Shown: positions 55,498 through 64,000 of the stretch, piece after piece
Position numbering within the stretch: the first letter of the stretch is position 1
Layout: each line of letters opens with the position of its first letter
Origin: Gammaproteobacteria bacterium
GTDB taxonomy: Bacteria; Pseudomonadota; Gammaproteobacteria; GCA-001735895
Assembly: GCA_050292965.1 (NCBI GenBank)
Contig: JBNKMF010000011.1
Coordinates: forward strand, 5,010-69,009
Direction of reading: 5' to 3'
DNA length: 64,000 nucleotides
Notes under the pieces: model-generated
What the model saw: the letters and a program-made list of their open reading frames with translations, nothing else
Databases searched by the model: none
What the model was told of the DNA's origin: nothing
Program-made: the position numbers and the translations under genes

Positions 55498-55963
55498 CGA
55501 TTAAACCTGAAAGCGGGAACACAGTGAGTTTTCGATCATCAATCTTAAAATCCGTGTCAGCTGCAAGACCCGTTACCGTGGATTGAGGCGTGAATTGAAA
55601 AACCGCAGTTGGACTTATAGTGATACCACTTCCCGGAGGCACGTTGGCAGTATAATTTTGCACTCGATTTGCAGGATTAAGCACCGGTAGGTTATAAGCG
55701 CCAGTAATACAATCTGTATTATGCTGATGCAATGCATAACTATTAACGGTCAGTGTTACCTGCACATTACACCCCGTACTAATCGCTAATTTTTGCGCAT
55801 ATCTCAGCGCATTTACCGTATCGTTATAAAAAGCGCGGGATTTATAATTATTCATGTTATCCAGTCGTGATAATGCGACTACACTTAGAATAGACAACAG
55901 AATGACCACCGAAATCAACTCGATCAAGGTAAAACCATTGTCATATCTGTCTTGCAATTGCAT
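55487..55963 (-). CDS. mshC: MSHA minor pilin MshC (GspH-like)
   Basis: …NG/FTLIELISVVILLSIL…TVNALRYAQKLAISTG. Confidence 0.6.
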   Translation of the reverse strand: MQLQDRYDNGFTLIELISVVILLSILSVVALSRLDNMNNYKSRAFYNDTVNALRYAQKLAISTGCNVQVTLTVNSYALHQHNTDCITGAYNLPVLNPANRVQNYTANVPPGSGITISPTAVFQFTPQSTVTGLAADTDFKIDDRKLTVFPLSGLIDAQ

Positions 55964-56103
55964 TTTATATGGTCTTTTGATTTTTTTATGGTCTATTTTA
56001 TTGTAAAATCATTTACTTAAAGCATACTATAAGTATATTGCTTTAACTTAAAAAGTTAAAACTAACTGCTAAATCCATTTTACACTTTCAAAGGAATTAT
56101 ATT

Positions 56104-56610
56104 ATGAAAAGATCACAAAGCGGTTTCACACTCATTGAGCTGGTGGTGGTAATCGTGTTACTAGGTATTCTTGGTGTTACCGCAATGGGTAAGTTTCAGG
56201 ATTTGTCAGGCAGGGCAGAACAAGCTTCCCTAAATGGTATCGCGACTGAATTAACTGGTTCAGCAACCGTCAACTATGCAGGAAGCCTTTTAACTTCAGC
56301 TGCTGGTGACTTTTTCTTAAACATAGGTGATTCGCCTAAGGGCCATGGTGTTAACAGCATGGTAACTGACCCCGCTGATTCTGCCTGCACCGAAGCTGCT
56401 TTAGCCCATTTACTTACTGGTGCGGGAGCTACCTTACCTAACGTTGGAACAACAGATACAACTGTGACTGCAACTGCTTTTCAAGCAGGGTCTACCACCG
56501 CAATCGCAGATGCTGACTTATGCGCTAATCCTGGCGACACATTTAGTTGTCAAATAAATGGGGGTAGTACTTCAGCAACAGCATTAGTCACTTTAATCTG
56601 TACTGAATAA
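56104..56610 (+). CDS. mshA: MSHA-type major pilin
   Basis: MKRSQSG/FTLIELVVVIVLLGILGVTAMGKFQDL with C-terminal Cys pairs. It is on the opposite strand to the rest of the cluster. Confidence 0.7.
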   Translation: MKRSQSGFTLIELVVVIVLLGILGVTAMGKFQDLSGRAEQASLNGIATELTGSATVNYAGSLLTSAAGDFFLNIGDSPKGHGVNSMVTDPADSACTEAALAHLLTGAGATLPNVGTTDTTVTATAFQAGSTTAIADADLCANPGDTFSCQINGGSTSATALVTLICTE

Positions 56611-56642
56611 AAAATAAATTTATAGAAGCGAGAATATCTGAT

Positions 56643-56664
56643 GGGGCTCTTTCGGTTGAGCCCC
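56643..56664. terminator. Hairpin between the convergent mshA and mshF-like genes
   Basis: GGGGCTC-TTTCGGTT-GAGCCCC. There is no clear T-tract on either side. Confidence 0.35.
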
Positions 56665-56667
56665 AAC

Positions 56668-57117
56668 TCATTGAATTTTTAGTTCCAGTCGCCCCACTCC
56701 ATTTTTTTCCTTTACATAATCCATTACATAAAGTTGACGCTTTCCCTTAGTGGTATAAACAACTCTTTGATTTTTATAATCGTAATACCATCCATCTTTA
56801 ACATCTAAACCCAACCCACTTGTCTCACCATGATAATTCAGAGGTATGACGCTGTAATCACGCATCAAGTCAAAAGGATTCCCATTCTTATACATCACTA
56901 ACTTATCCTGCTTACCTTTTATCGTAAAATCATATAATGCCATGGCTAGAGAATACTTAATATCAGTAATCACCTGGTCTCGAGCGATAAGCTGTGCTTT
57001 TTCTGACAAATGATTAGAGAGATATAAAAAACTGGAAATACATATCAGTACAATAATGATCACCACTATCGTTCTGAATGGTATCGCCTCTGGTAAAGAT
57101 GAGATTTGTTTACTCAA
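56668..57117 (-). CDS. mshF: MshF-like small bitopic protein
   Basis: 149 aa with one TM helix. Sits directly after mshG, as in Vibrio. Confidence 0.5.
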   Translation of the reverse strand: MSKQISSLPEAIPFRTIVVIIIVLICISSFLYLSNHLSEKAQLIARDQVITDIKYSLAMALYDFTIKGKQDKLVMYKNGNPFDLMRDYSVIPLNYHGETSGLGLDVKDGWYYDYKNQRVVYTTKGKRQLYVMDYVKEKNGVGRLELKIQ

Positions 57118-57171
57118 AATATCTCTTATTGTCCATCATGTGTTCAAATATCCTGGTAAAGCCATGTCATA

Positions 57172-58392
57172 TTAACCCGCCATTTTGGATATATCCCACA
57201 TTGGGACAAAAATACCCATTGCGAGTACCAGAACCAGCGCACCCACAAATACATAAATTAGCGGCTCCAATTTATCTGACAGAGTCTTGATATCATAATC
57301 CACTTCTTCTTCATAAAAGTCAGCAATGTAATCCATCATCTCTTCCAGATTTCCGGCTTCCTCACCCACTGCAAACATTTGCATAACCACCGGGGTAAAC
57401 ATACCGGTTTTCTGTGCGGTTAAAGTTAGCGGCTCACCTCGCTCAATACCTTCGCGCATATTAGATACATGGTCGGCAATAAAATCATTGCCTACAGAGC
57501 GCGCAATCACACCCATACCCTGCACTATCGGAACCCCTGCCCCATAAGCCATAGAGAATGAACGCGCAAAACGCGCCAGATAGGCGCGTAATAAAATATC
57601 CCCAATTACAGGCATTTTAAGAATAAAATGATGCCATTTATAACGACCGGGCACGGTTGAAATATATCTTTTAAATCCAAACCAGGCTATGACGGCCAAT
57701 ATTGATATATGTCCCCAGTATTCGACGAAAAAATTGGAGGTATTAAGTAAGACTATAGTTTGCCAGGGCAGATCTAAATTGTTCGCTTCAAAGAATGATG
57801 CAAACTTGGGAATCACAAATAAATTCACAATTCCCAACGCAATAACAATTGCCATTATCACTATTGTCGGATAACGCAAAGCTGCAGAAATATTGTGACT
57901 CATGCGACGGTTACGATCTATATAGGAAGCCATCTGCGCAAACGCTCCATCCAGCATGCCTGTATTCTCCCCCACCTGGATCATACTGATATACAGGTTA
58001 CTAAATACCTTGGGATGTCTTGCAAAAGCTATCGACAGGCTGCGCCCTGACTCCAGTTGTTCGGTGGTATCCTTTAGTGCCTTGATCAACAATGGATTAC
58101 TGATCGACTGCAGTATGCCGATTATCGCGCGGGTTACCGGTATACCCGCCTTGATCAATGCAGACATCTGCCGCGTAAACATCAATAATTCTTCGATGCT
58201 GACCTTATACAGATCCAGCTTTTCGTTGATCTGATGCATCACATCGACTGATTGCTTTTTTTCGGTAATGGTTAAAGGCGTGACCCCTTTATCCATTAAC
58301 TGCCCTGCTACTGCATTGCTATTAGCTGCTTCCAGCTCCCCTTCAGTCAACGATCCGTTTGCTGAGCGTCCCTTGTAGCTATACAGAGGCAT
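57172..58392 (-). CDS. mshG: MSHA platform protein MshG (GspF family)
   Basis: MPLYSYKGRSANG… with two T2SSF repeats. Confidence 0.85.
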   Translation of the reverse strand: MPLYSYKGRSANGSLTEGELEAANSNAVAGQLMDKGVTPLTITEKKQSVDVMHQINEKLDLYKVSIEELLMFTRQMSALIKAGIPVTRAIIGILQSISNPLLIKALKDTTEQLESGRSLSIAFARHPKVFSNLYISMIQVGENTGMLDGAFAQMASYIDRNRRMSHNISAALRYPTIVIMAIVIALGIVNLFVIPKFASFFEANNLDLPWQTIVLLNTSNFFVEYWGHISILAVIAWFGFKRYISTVPGRYKWHHFILKMPVIGDILLRAYLARFARSFSMAYGAGVPIVQGMGVIARSVGNDFIADHVSNMREGIERGEPLTLTAQKTGMFTPVVMQMFAVGEEAGNLEEMMDYIADFYEEEVDYDIKTLSDKLEPLIYVFVGALVLVLAMGIFVPMWDISKMAG

Positions 58393-60140
58393 TATTCACC
58401 AGGCTCCAGCTCAAGATCTAGCACACTGTCTTCAAGCAACTCTTCACGCGACTGACCCGCCAGTTTCAGTACTTCATCAATCGTTGTTAAACCTAAAGTC
58501 GCATAATCATGCGCTACATTGACCAATGGCTGGTAGCCTGGCGCTCGTGCTGCGGCTTCGACAAACCCCTGGGTATCATCCCGCCGTAATGCCTCGGCCA
58601 GCTCTGAATTCATTTCCAGTAATTCGTATACCCCCATGCGTCCGACATAACCGGTATGCCCGCAGTGCATACAGCCTTTTCCCTTTTTATATTGAAACTT
58701 TGTTATATCAATATGTAAGCGATCCCTTAACCAGGTGCTTTCAAAAGCGTCCGGCTGATACACATCTGCACAGTTTGAACAGAGCTTTCGTACCAGGCGT
58801 TGCGCTATAACCGAGCGCAAGGTGGTTGCCAGTAGATATCCTTCCACTCCCATATCTAGCAAACGTGTTGCGGTTGAAACGGTGTCGTTGGTGTGCAGGG
58901 TGGATAGCACCAGGTGCCCCGTCATGGCTGCGCTGACCCCTATTTCTACGGTTTCGCGGTCACGCATTTCACCCACCATGATAATGTCCGGATCCTGACG
59001 TAGCGCAGAACGCAATACCGATGCAAAATTCAACCCGATCTTTTGATGCACCTGCACCTGGCTGATACGGCTTAATCGATATTCTACTGGGTCTTCGACG
59101 GTGATTATCTTTGACTCAGCCCTGTTCAATTCACTCAGGGCTGCATACAGGGAAGTGGTTTTACCACTACCAGTGGGTCCGGTCACCAGTACCATACCGT
59201 GCGGTAAATGAAAATTCTTGCGAAAGCGTTTTAATACCTCTGGTGGCATACCCAATTGCTCAATGTTTAATGCTCCGCGAGTCTGGTCAAGCAAACGCAT
59301 GACTACCGACTCTCCAAATTGCACCGGCATGGTGGAAAGACGCACATCAATTTCACGACCGTTCACCACCATCTGAAAACGACCATCCTGGGGCAATCTT
59401 TTTTCCGATATATTAAGGCCTGCCATGAGCTTCAGGCGCACTACTACAGCTGGTGCGATTTGAATCTCCTTCATCACCTGCTCGTGCAGTATGCCATCGA
59501 TACGTTGACGCACCCGGATCACATCCTTATCCGGTTCGATATGGATATCCGAAGCATTGACCTGTACCGCGTCTTCGAAAATAGACTGCAACAATTTGGC
59601 AACCGGCGCATCGGTCATTTCAGCTTGCAGTAGGTTGGTCAGTTCTTCGCTGCCACTAGACAGCTCCTGACCCAGTTCCTCTGCCAGGGCACTGATTTCT
59701 TCGGTGCGACGATAAACCTTATCAAAGGTAAGTAATAAATCTCCTTCGCGTACTATCGCCTGACTCACCGGCTTTGATAGCTTTTCCTGAATTTCATCCA
59801 GCGCATATAGATCGGTTGGATCAGCCATACCTACGAGATAATCAGCAGCCCTGTCTTCAAGTACTATGGCGCGATATCTTCTCGCAATACTTTCGGAGAG
59901 CGTTCTAACTACATTTTCATCGTAGGTGTAATTTTTTAAATCAACCAGTGGAATCGCCAGCTGGGCAGACAGCAGGTTTAAAATGCTCTGTTCATCGATC
60001 ATTCCCAGCTCAACCAGGGTGCCGCCCAGCTTTCGGCCAAGCTTCTTTTGCTCCTGCAACGCTAGTTTTAACTGATCTTCAGTGATTAAATCCTTCTCTA
60101 CCAGCAGATCGCCTAAGCGTATTTTTTTGCGGAAAGCCAT
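58392..60140 (-). CDS. mshE: MSHA assembly ATPase MshE with an MshEN c-di-GMP-binding motif
   Basis: RLGDLLVEKDLITEDQLKLALQEQ…LGGTLVELGMI, Walker A GPTGSGKTT, and CSNC…CMHC. Confidence 0.9.
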   Translation of the reverse strand: MAFRKKIRLGDLLVEKDLITEDQLKLALQEQKKLGRKLGGTLVELGMIDEQSILNLLSAQLAIPLVDLKNYTYDENVVRTLSESIARRYRAIVLEDRAADYLVGMADPTDLYALDEIQEKLSKPVSQAIVREGDLLLTFDKVYRRTEEISALAEELGQELSSGSEELTNLLQAEMTDAPVAKLLQSIFEDAVQVNASDIHIEPDKDVIRVRQRIDGILHEQVMKEIQIAPAVVVRLKLMAGLNISEKRLPQDGRFQMVVNGREIDVRLSTMPVQFGESVVMRLLDQTRGALNIEQLGMPPEVLKRFRKNFHLPHGMVLVTGPTGSGKTTSLYAALSELNRAESKIITVEDPVEYRLSRISQVQVHQKIGLNFASVLRSALRQDPDIIMVGEMRDRETVEIGVSAAMTGHLVLSTLHTNDTVSTATRLLDMGVEGYLLATTLRSVIAQRLVRKLCSNCADVYQPDAFESTWLRDRLHIDITKFQYKKGKGCMHCGHTGYVGRMGVYELLEMNSELAEALRRDDTQGFVEAAARAPGYQPLVNVAHDYATLGLTTIDEVLKLAGQSREELLEDSVLDLELEPGE

Positions 60141-60163
60141 ATATGTTGGTTATCCTCAGCCCT

Positions 60164-61531
60164 TCAATTCGATAACTGTTTAATTTTAGCTTGCACAAAA
60201 TCATGCAGACGCTGGTTCATTGGTCCACTGCGCAAAGCCATTTGATACGAGTTCAACGCCGGTTCGCGTTGAAGTAAATTCTGTTGAGATATCGCAAGAC
60301 TAATCCACAACCGTGGCTGCTGGGGGTTAATCTTTAATGCTGATATGAAATGATCTGCAGCCAACTCGTGCTGATTCGTCCTCTGATAGCTGGTGGCCAG
60401 CAGGCTTAGTAGTTCAGCATTTTGAGTATGTGTTTTAAATTTTTCAATTAAAGTCAGGTACTGCTTTTGTGCAAATAAGCGATTAGCTTCATACAGTAAA
60501 AACACCCTGTCCTGTGGATATTTTTGCAACGAGTCTGACAAAAGCCCGGGGAAACCCTGCCCATCACTCTGCTTGCTCAAGAGACCCAATAGCTGAATTC
60601 TAGCCTGTCGATCAAATTCTCCACCAATCAGCTTCTTTAATTGTTTTTTTGCCACATCTATATCACCTGATTTTGCTGCCTGTATAGCTGCATTCAGTTT
60701 CACTTTAGCAGTGGGTTTATTTTGTACGGGGCGAATCTGTAATTTTACCGGCGCTACCGACACTTCTTCCTCTTGCATCGCTTGATTAGTTTGCTTTGAA
60801 TGGCTCGATGATATAATGGGCGGCGCATTCATCACGGTGTTAGGCGTTGCGCTGGAATTGCTTTCTTTTTCGCCAGGGGCAGTCAAAACCTCTAATGATT
60901 TTTTTAACCTGATCAGCCAATAGAAGGCAGAATCTCCTCGACTATCCTGGGTATCCACCAGAACGCCCTGCTGTGTATCGAAGAGAATTTCAACATCTTC
61001 TCCTGATGTTGAAATTTGAATCTGTTTAAGCCAGGGATTGCCACTAATTTGAGGGGTGACAATTGAATTAGCCACTTTTTTGATCACAAAAACATATCGA
61101 TTATTTGAGCGCTGTTTCAGAAAACTTGGCGTGAACTTCGTTAACTGAAACTCTAATTCCATAAACTCTTCGTTTTCTCTTATCTGTAATCCACTAATTT
61201 GATTTGGTTCAGGAATCTTCCCCGTATCCACCTGCTGGATAACAATACGGCTATCGTCTATCTGGGGATCTGACTGCTCAATCTCTTTTGGTGGTTGCTG
61301 GATATTCGATGTTGCTTCGACCGGTTTAGCTACCTGATCCTGTTTAGCAATATCGTAATAACGACCCCAGAAAACAATAGCTAGAAGGATCACAATGACA
61401 GGTAGCAGCAGCCAATACCATCTTGTATTTTTTTCCCTGCTATCTAGCGCTGTTACTGTATCAAGCTCCAGGGGTGTAAACGCCGAAGGTTTTTGATCCA
61501 GCTCCTTGAGTACGCTATTGATTACACTCAT
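60164..61531 (-). CDS. mshN: MshN (bitopic TPR protein)
   Basis: MSVINSVLKELDQK N-terminus, TM helix WYWLLLPVIVILLAIVFW, C-terminal TPR repeats. Confidence 0.7.
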   Translation of the reverse strand: MSVINSVLKELDQKPSAFTPLELDTVTALDSREKNTRWYWLLLPVIVILLAIVFWGRYYDIAKQDQVAKPVEATSNIQQPPKEIEQSDPQIDDSRIVIQQVDTGKIPEPNQISGLQIRENEEFMELEFQLTKFTPSFLKQRSNNRYVFVIKKVANSIVTPQISGNPWLKQIQISTSGEDVEILFDTQQGVLVDTQDSRGDSAFYWLIRLKKSLEVLTAPGEKESNSSATPNTVMNAPPIISSSHSKQTNQAMQEEEVSVAPVKLQIRPVQNKPTAKVKLNAAIQAAKSGDIDVAKKQLKKLIGGEFDRQARIQLLGLLSKQSDGQGFPGLLSDSLQKYPQDRVFLLYEANRLFAQKQYLTLIEKFKTHTQNAELLSLLATSYQRTNQHELAADHFISALKINPQQPRLWISLAISQQNLLQREPALNSYQMALRSGPMNQRLHDFVQAKIKQLSN

Positions 61532-62427
61532 AGCATTGCCTGGGTAATCGGCTGCAGTAGCATTGAAATGATATAGAACACCGTCAGCTGGCGCACGACT
61601 CCTGCCACACTGAACATTGCTATCTTAGTTTGATGACTGTCTTTGGCAGCCTGTTTAACATGCTCGGCATTCACATAAAAACTACCACTGGAATATGCAA
61701 GCATCAGGGCTTTATTGCTGATCAAATTAATCAGACGAGGCACGCCTCGTGATTTTTTATACAGCAGCTTTAAAGCGCTCTTATCAAATAAACCGGGGCC
61801 ATTATAACCTGCTGACTTGAGTCGATGGCTGACATATATTTCCAGCGTATCATTGCTCAGGGTTGATAACTCACAGGCATGCACAATACGTTGTTGTAAC
61901 TGCCGGATAGTATTATCCATAAGCTTTTTGTTTAGCTCTGGCTGACCGAAAAGTACGATCTGTACCAGTTTGTTTTTCTCTGTCTCCAGATTACTTAACA
62001 AGCGGATAGCTTCCAGGCTTTCAACTGGTAACGACTGTGCCTCATCTAATAATATGACGGTTTTACGCCCAGCCTGAGCATTGTTGATTAATTTTTTATT
62101 GATGGCGGACAGATAGTTACCGTTCTGAACTTCATCCAGTAAGTCCATTTCTTCAACTACAGCTCTAAGTAAGGCATCACAGCTCATATAGGGATTAGGG
62201 ATATAAACCGTGTCAAAGCTATCATCCAGCAGATTCAATAGCTTGCGGCAAAGCAGGGTTTTTCCAGTGCCCACCTCGCCGGTTAATTTAATAAAACCAT
62301 CACCATTTTTGATCGCCACCAGAAGCGTATTTAACGCATCCTGATGGGTTAACGTCTTACAATAAAAATCAGTATCAGGCGTCAGATTAAAGGGTTTTTC
62401 CAACAGGCCATAGTATTGTTCATACAT
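61528..62427 (-). CDS. mshM: MshM (ExeA-like AAA+ ATPase)
   Basis: MYEQYYGLLEKPF with Walker A GEVGTGKT. 299 aa, with no periplasmic domain. Confidence 0.8.
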   Translation of the reverse strand: MYEQYYGLLEKPFNLTPDTDFYCKTLTHQDALNTLLVAIKNGDGFIKLTGEVGTGKTLLCRKLLNLLDDSFDTVYIPNPYMSCDALLRAVVEEMDLLDEVQNGNYLSAINKKLINNAQAGRKTVILLDEAQSLPVESLEAIRLLSNLETEKNKLVQIVLFGQPELNKKLMDNTIRQLQQRIVHACELSTLSNDTLEIYVSHRLKSAGYNGPGLFDKSALKLLYKKSRGVPRLINLISNKALMLAYSSGSFYVNAEHVKQAAKDSHQTKIAMFSVAGVVRQLTVFYIISMLLQPITQAML

Positions 62428-64000
62428 TACTCACCTTCTGACTTTTGCCGTTCAGCTTTTTGCAACTGTTGAATGCGTTGTTGACTCTGACGAATATAAC
62501 TGGACCAGGTTTTATTGCTATTCACTACCAAAGGCTTGAGCAGTATAACCAGTTCACTGCGTGTATTAACCTTACGCTTCTGACCAAAAAAGCTTCCCAG
62601 AAAAGGAACCTGGCTAATACCAGGAATGCCTGCATCATCATTAGCGGTTCTATTCTGCATAAGCCCACCAATTACGACTACCTGTCCGCTCATTGCTTTA
62701 ACCACCGAATCTGACTCGCGCACTGTACTTAGCGCCAGCGGTAGCTGCTGACTTTGTCCGCCGATAGTTATATTTTTGGTCTGGTCATTGACTTCGCTAA
62801 CGCTCGGATGAATATGCAGGATAACCTGATCTTGTTTGCTTATCTGAGGCGTTACATCAAGAGCAATACCTGAAAAGAAAGGCGTCAGTGTTACAGTGGG
62901 AGTGGTGACTGTACTAGATGCTCCAGAAGTAGTTGTCGATGAGACCTCGGTAACAAAGAATTCGTCTGAGCCTACTTTTATGACCGCTTTTTGATTATTT
63001 ACTGTTGAGACTCTTGGGCTAGACAGTACCTGAACCTCGCCCTGAGTACTAAGCAACCTGAGCAATACAGCAAAATCATCAACTCCAGCACCAATAGCAA
63101 ACATGTTTGAAAACGAAGAGCCACCAGAAGGTGTTAAGGCTTGTGTTGCATTGAAATCACCATTTGAATTATATAATGTAGCAGCTCCATTTTGAATTCC
63201 GGCAACCCCTCCTACAAGGGTATCACCAGATTTACTCATCAACCCTGCCCAGTCGATACCAGATTGATAACTATCATTTAAAGTAACTTCAATGATTTTA
63301 GCTTCGAGTATGACCTGTCGCTGAAGGCTTTCCTGAGCACTGCTCAAATACGCTTCCACATCACGCAACTCTCCCGGCATTCCTCGAACAACAACCAGTC
63401 CCGAATGCTGATCAACAACTACCGAACGTCCCTCTCCCTCTCCAACAATCGCCTGAATAGTCGCCGCAAGTGTCGACCAGAAGTCAGCCTTACTGGTGGT
63501 TTTAATACTGCTGGACCTTAATGTCTCAGTATTGTTTTGCGATGACGAATTACTATCGTTGTTATTATTGCTAGAACCGCTGTTACTACTACTGGCTATC
63601 TGGCCTGAACTTACTGTCATACTCGACTCACCATCGCGACTGATGTGGAGATAATTGACCTGGAAAATTTTAGACTGAATACGCGCTGGCAAAACGATAT
63701 AACCATTATCTGATTTTCGATATTCGTAGCCGTATACTTCCCGCACCAGCTTCATCACATCTTCCACACTGACTTTTTTCAAATCCAGACTGATGTTTCC
63801 AGATACGCTTGGATGAACCACCATATTAATATCGGTATCAGCGACCAGACTCATAAAAAACACATCCGCAGGAGCATTCGCCACTGAAATATCAAAACGA
63901 GGTTCCGGCTTCATTTCATCTCGCAAACCTGGCACCCGAATACCGGTTTGCGGCATCAGATCATCCATGATTTCGGGTGGTGTTTCTATGGGTTCAGCAA
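62427..64000 (-). CDS. mshL: MshL secretin, 5-prime end beyond the window
   Basis: Secretin core VILEAKIIEVTLNDSYQSGIDW…GIPG…LVILLKPLV. The reading frame stays open upstream of the ATG at 63968 to the window edge, and no signal peptide is seen after that ATG. Confidence 0.85.
   Translation of the reverse strand, partial: AEPIETPPEIMDDLMPQTGIRVPGLRDEMKPEPRFDISVANAPADVFFMSLVADTDINMVVHPSVSGNISLDLKKVSVEDVMKLVREVYGYEYRKSDNGYIVLPARIQSKIFQVNYLHISRDGESSMTVSSGQIASSSNSGSSNNNNDSNSSSQNNTETLRSSSIKTTSKADFWSTLAATIQAIVGEGEGRSVVVDQHSGLVVVRGMPGELRDVEAYLSSAQESLQRQVILEAKIIEVTLNDSYQSGIDWAGLMSKSGDTLVGGVAGIQNGAATLYNSNGDFNATQALTPSGGSSFSNMFAIGAGVDDFAVLLRLLSTQGEVQVLSSPRVSTVNNQKAVIKVGSDEFFVTEVSSTTTSGASSTVTTPTVTLTPFFSGIALDVTPQISKQDQVILHIHPSVSEVNDQTKNITIGGQSQQLPLALSTVRESDSVVKAMSGQVVVIGGLMQNRTANDDAGIPGISQVPFLGSFFGQKRKVNTRSELVILLKPLVVNSNKTWSSYIRQSQQRIQQLQKAERQKSEGE

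Noticed and set aside
55964-56667. Invertible (phase-variable) mshA segment
   Set aside because: mshA is inverted relative to its cluster. However, I found no inverted repeats flanking the segment and no recombinase nearby. It is more likely a fixed rearrangement.
1-64000. Phage-defence systems, toxin-antitoxin pairs, prophage or integron content
   Set aside because: No nuclease, methylase, reverse-transcriptase, integrase, STAND or similar signatures were recognised in any ORF translation. The accessory content of the window is filament- and transport-related.

Overview
The window looks like a chromosomal segment of a moderately AT-rich, probably marine or halophilic gammaproteobacterium. 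All calls come from reading the ORF translations and the DNA by eye. No searches were run, and identities are not quantified.

Gene content:
- 1-16.8 kb: housekeeping and transport genes. These are an orphan CbbR-like LysR regulator next to a relic of the RuBisCO large-subunit gene, an Omp85 protein, an EptA/MCR-type phosphoethanolamine transferase, SulP, two tandem NhaD antiporters, an SLC13/TrkA-C permease, a second LysR regulator, and trmB-thiG-thiS/thiO.
- 16.9-24.0 kb: a classical type IVa minor-pilin operon (fimT/U-pilV-pilW-pilX-pilY1-small ORF-pilE).
- 24.1-31.1 kb: a PP-loop sulfurtransferase-like gene, a tusA-like gene coupled to a CDF transporter, and glnA-ntrB-ntrC.
- 31.2-64 kb: almost entirely type IV filament genes.
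  - 53.7-64 kb is a canonical MSHA cluster (mshL-M-N-E-G-F, an inverted mshA, mshC-D-O-P).
  - 37.9-53.6 kb is a second, rearranged and much more divergent MSHA-class system. It is flanked by its own sigma54 response regulator and a polytopic histidine kinase.
  - 31.2-36.2 kb is a linked module. It holds an ABC-2 exporter and two cysteine-free pilin genes, each with its own sigma54 promoter and terminator.

The second system plus its sigma54 pilin/ABC module is the best candidate for an undescribed system.

Other notable points:
- A MITE family with about 21-bp terminal inverted repeats and TTTAA target duplications occurs at least four times. It marks three rearrangements: the cbbL deletion, an insertion on a stop codon, and truncation of a duplicated ABC ATPase gene.
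- No rRNA, tRNA, CRISPR array, integrase or transposase gene was seen.
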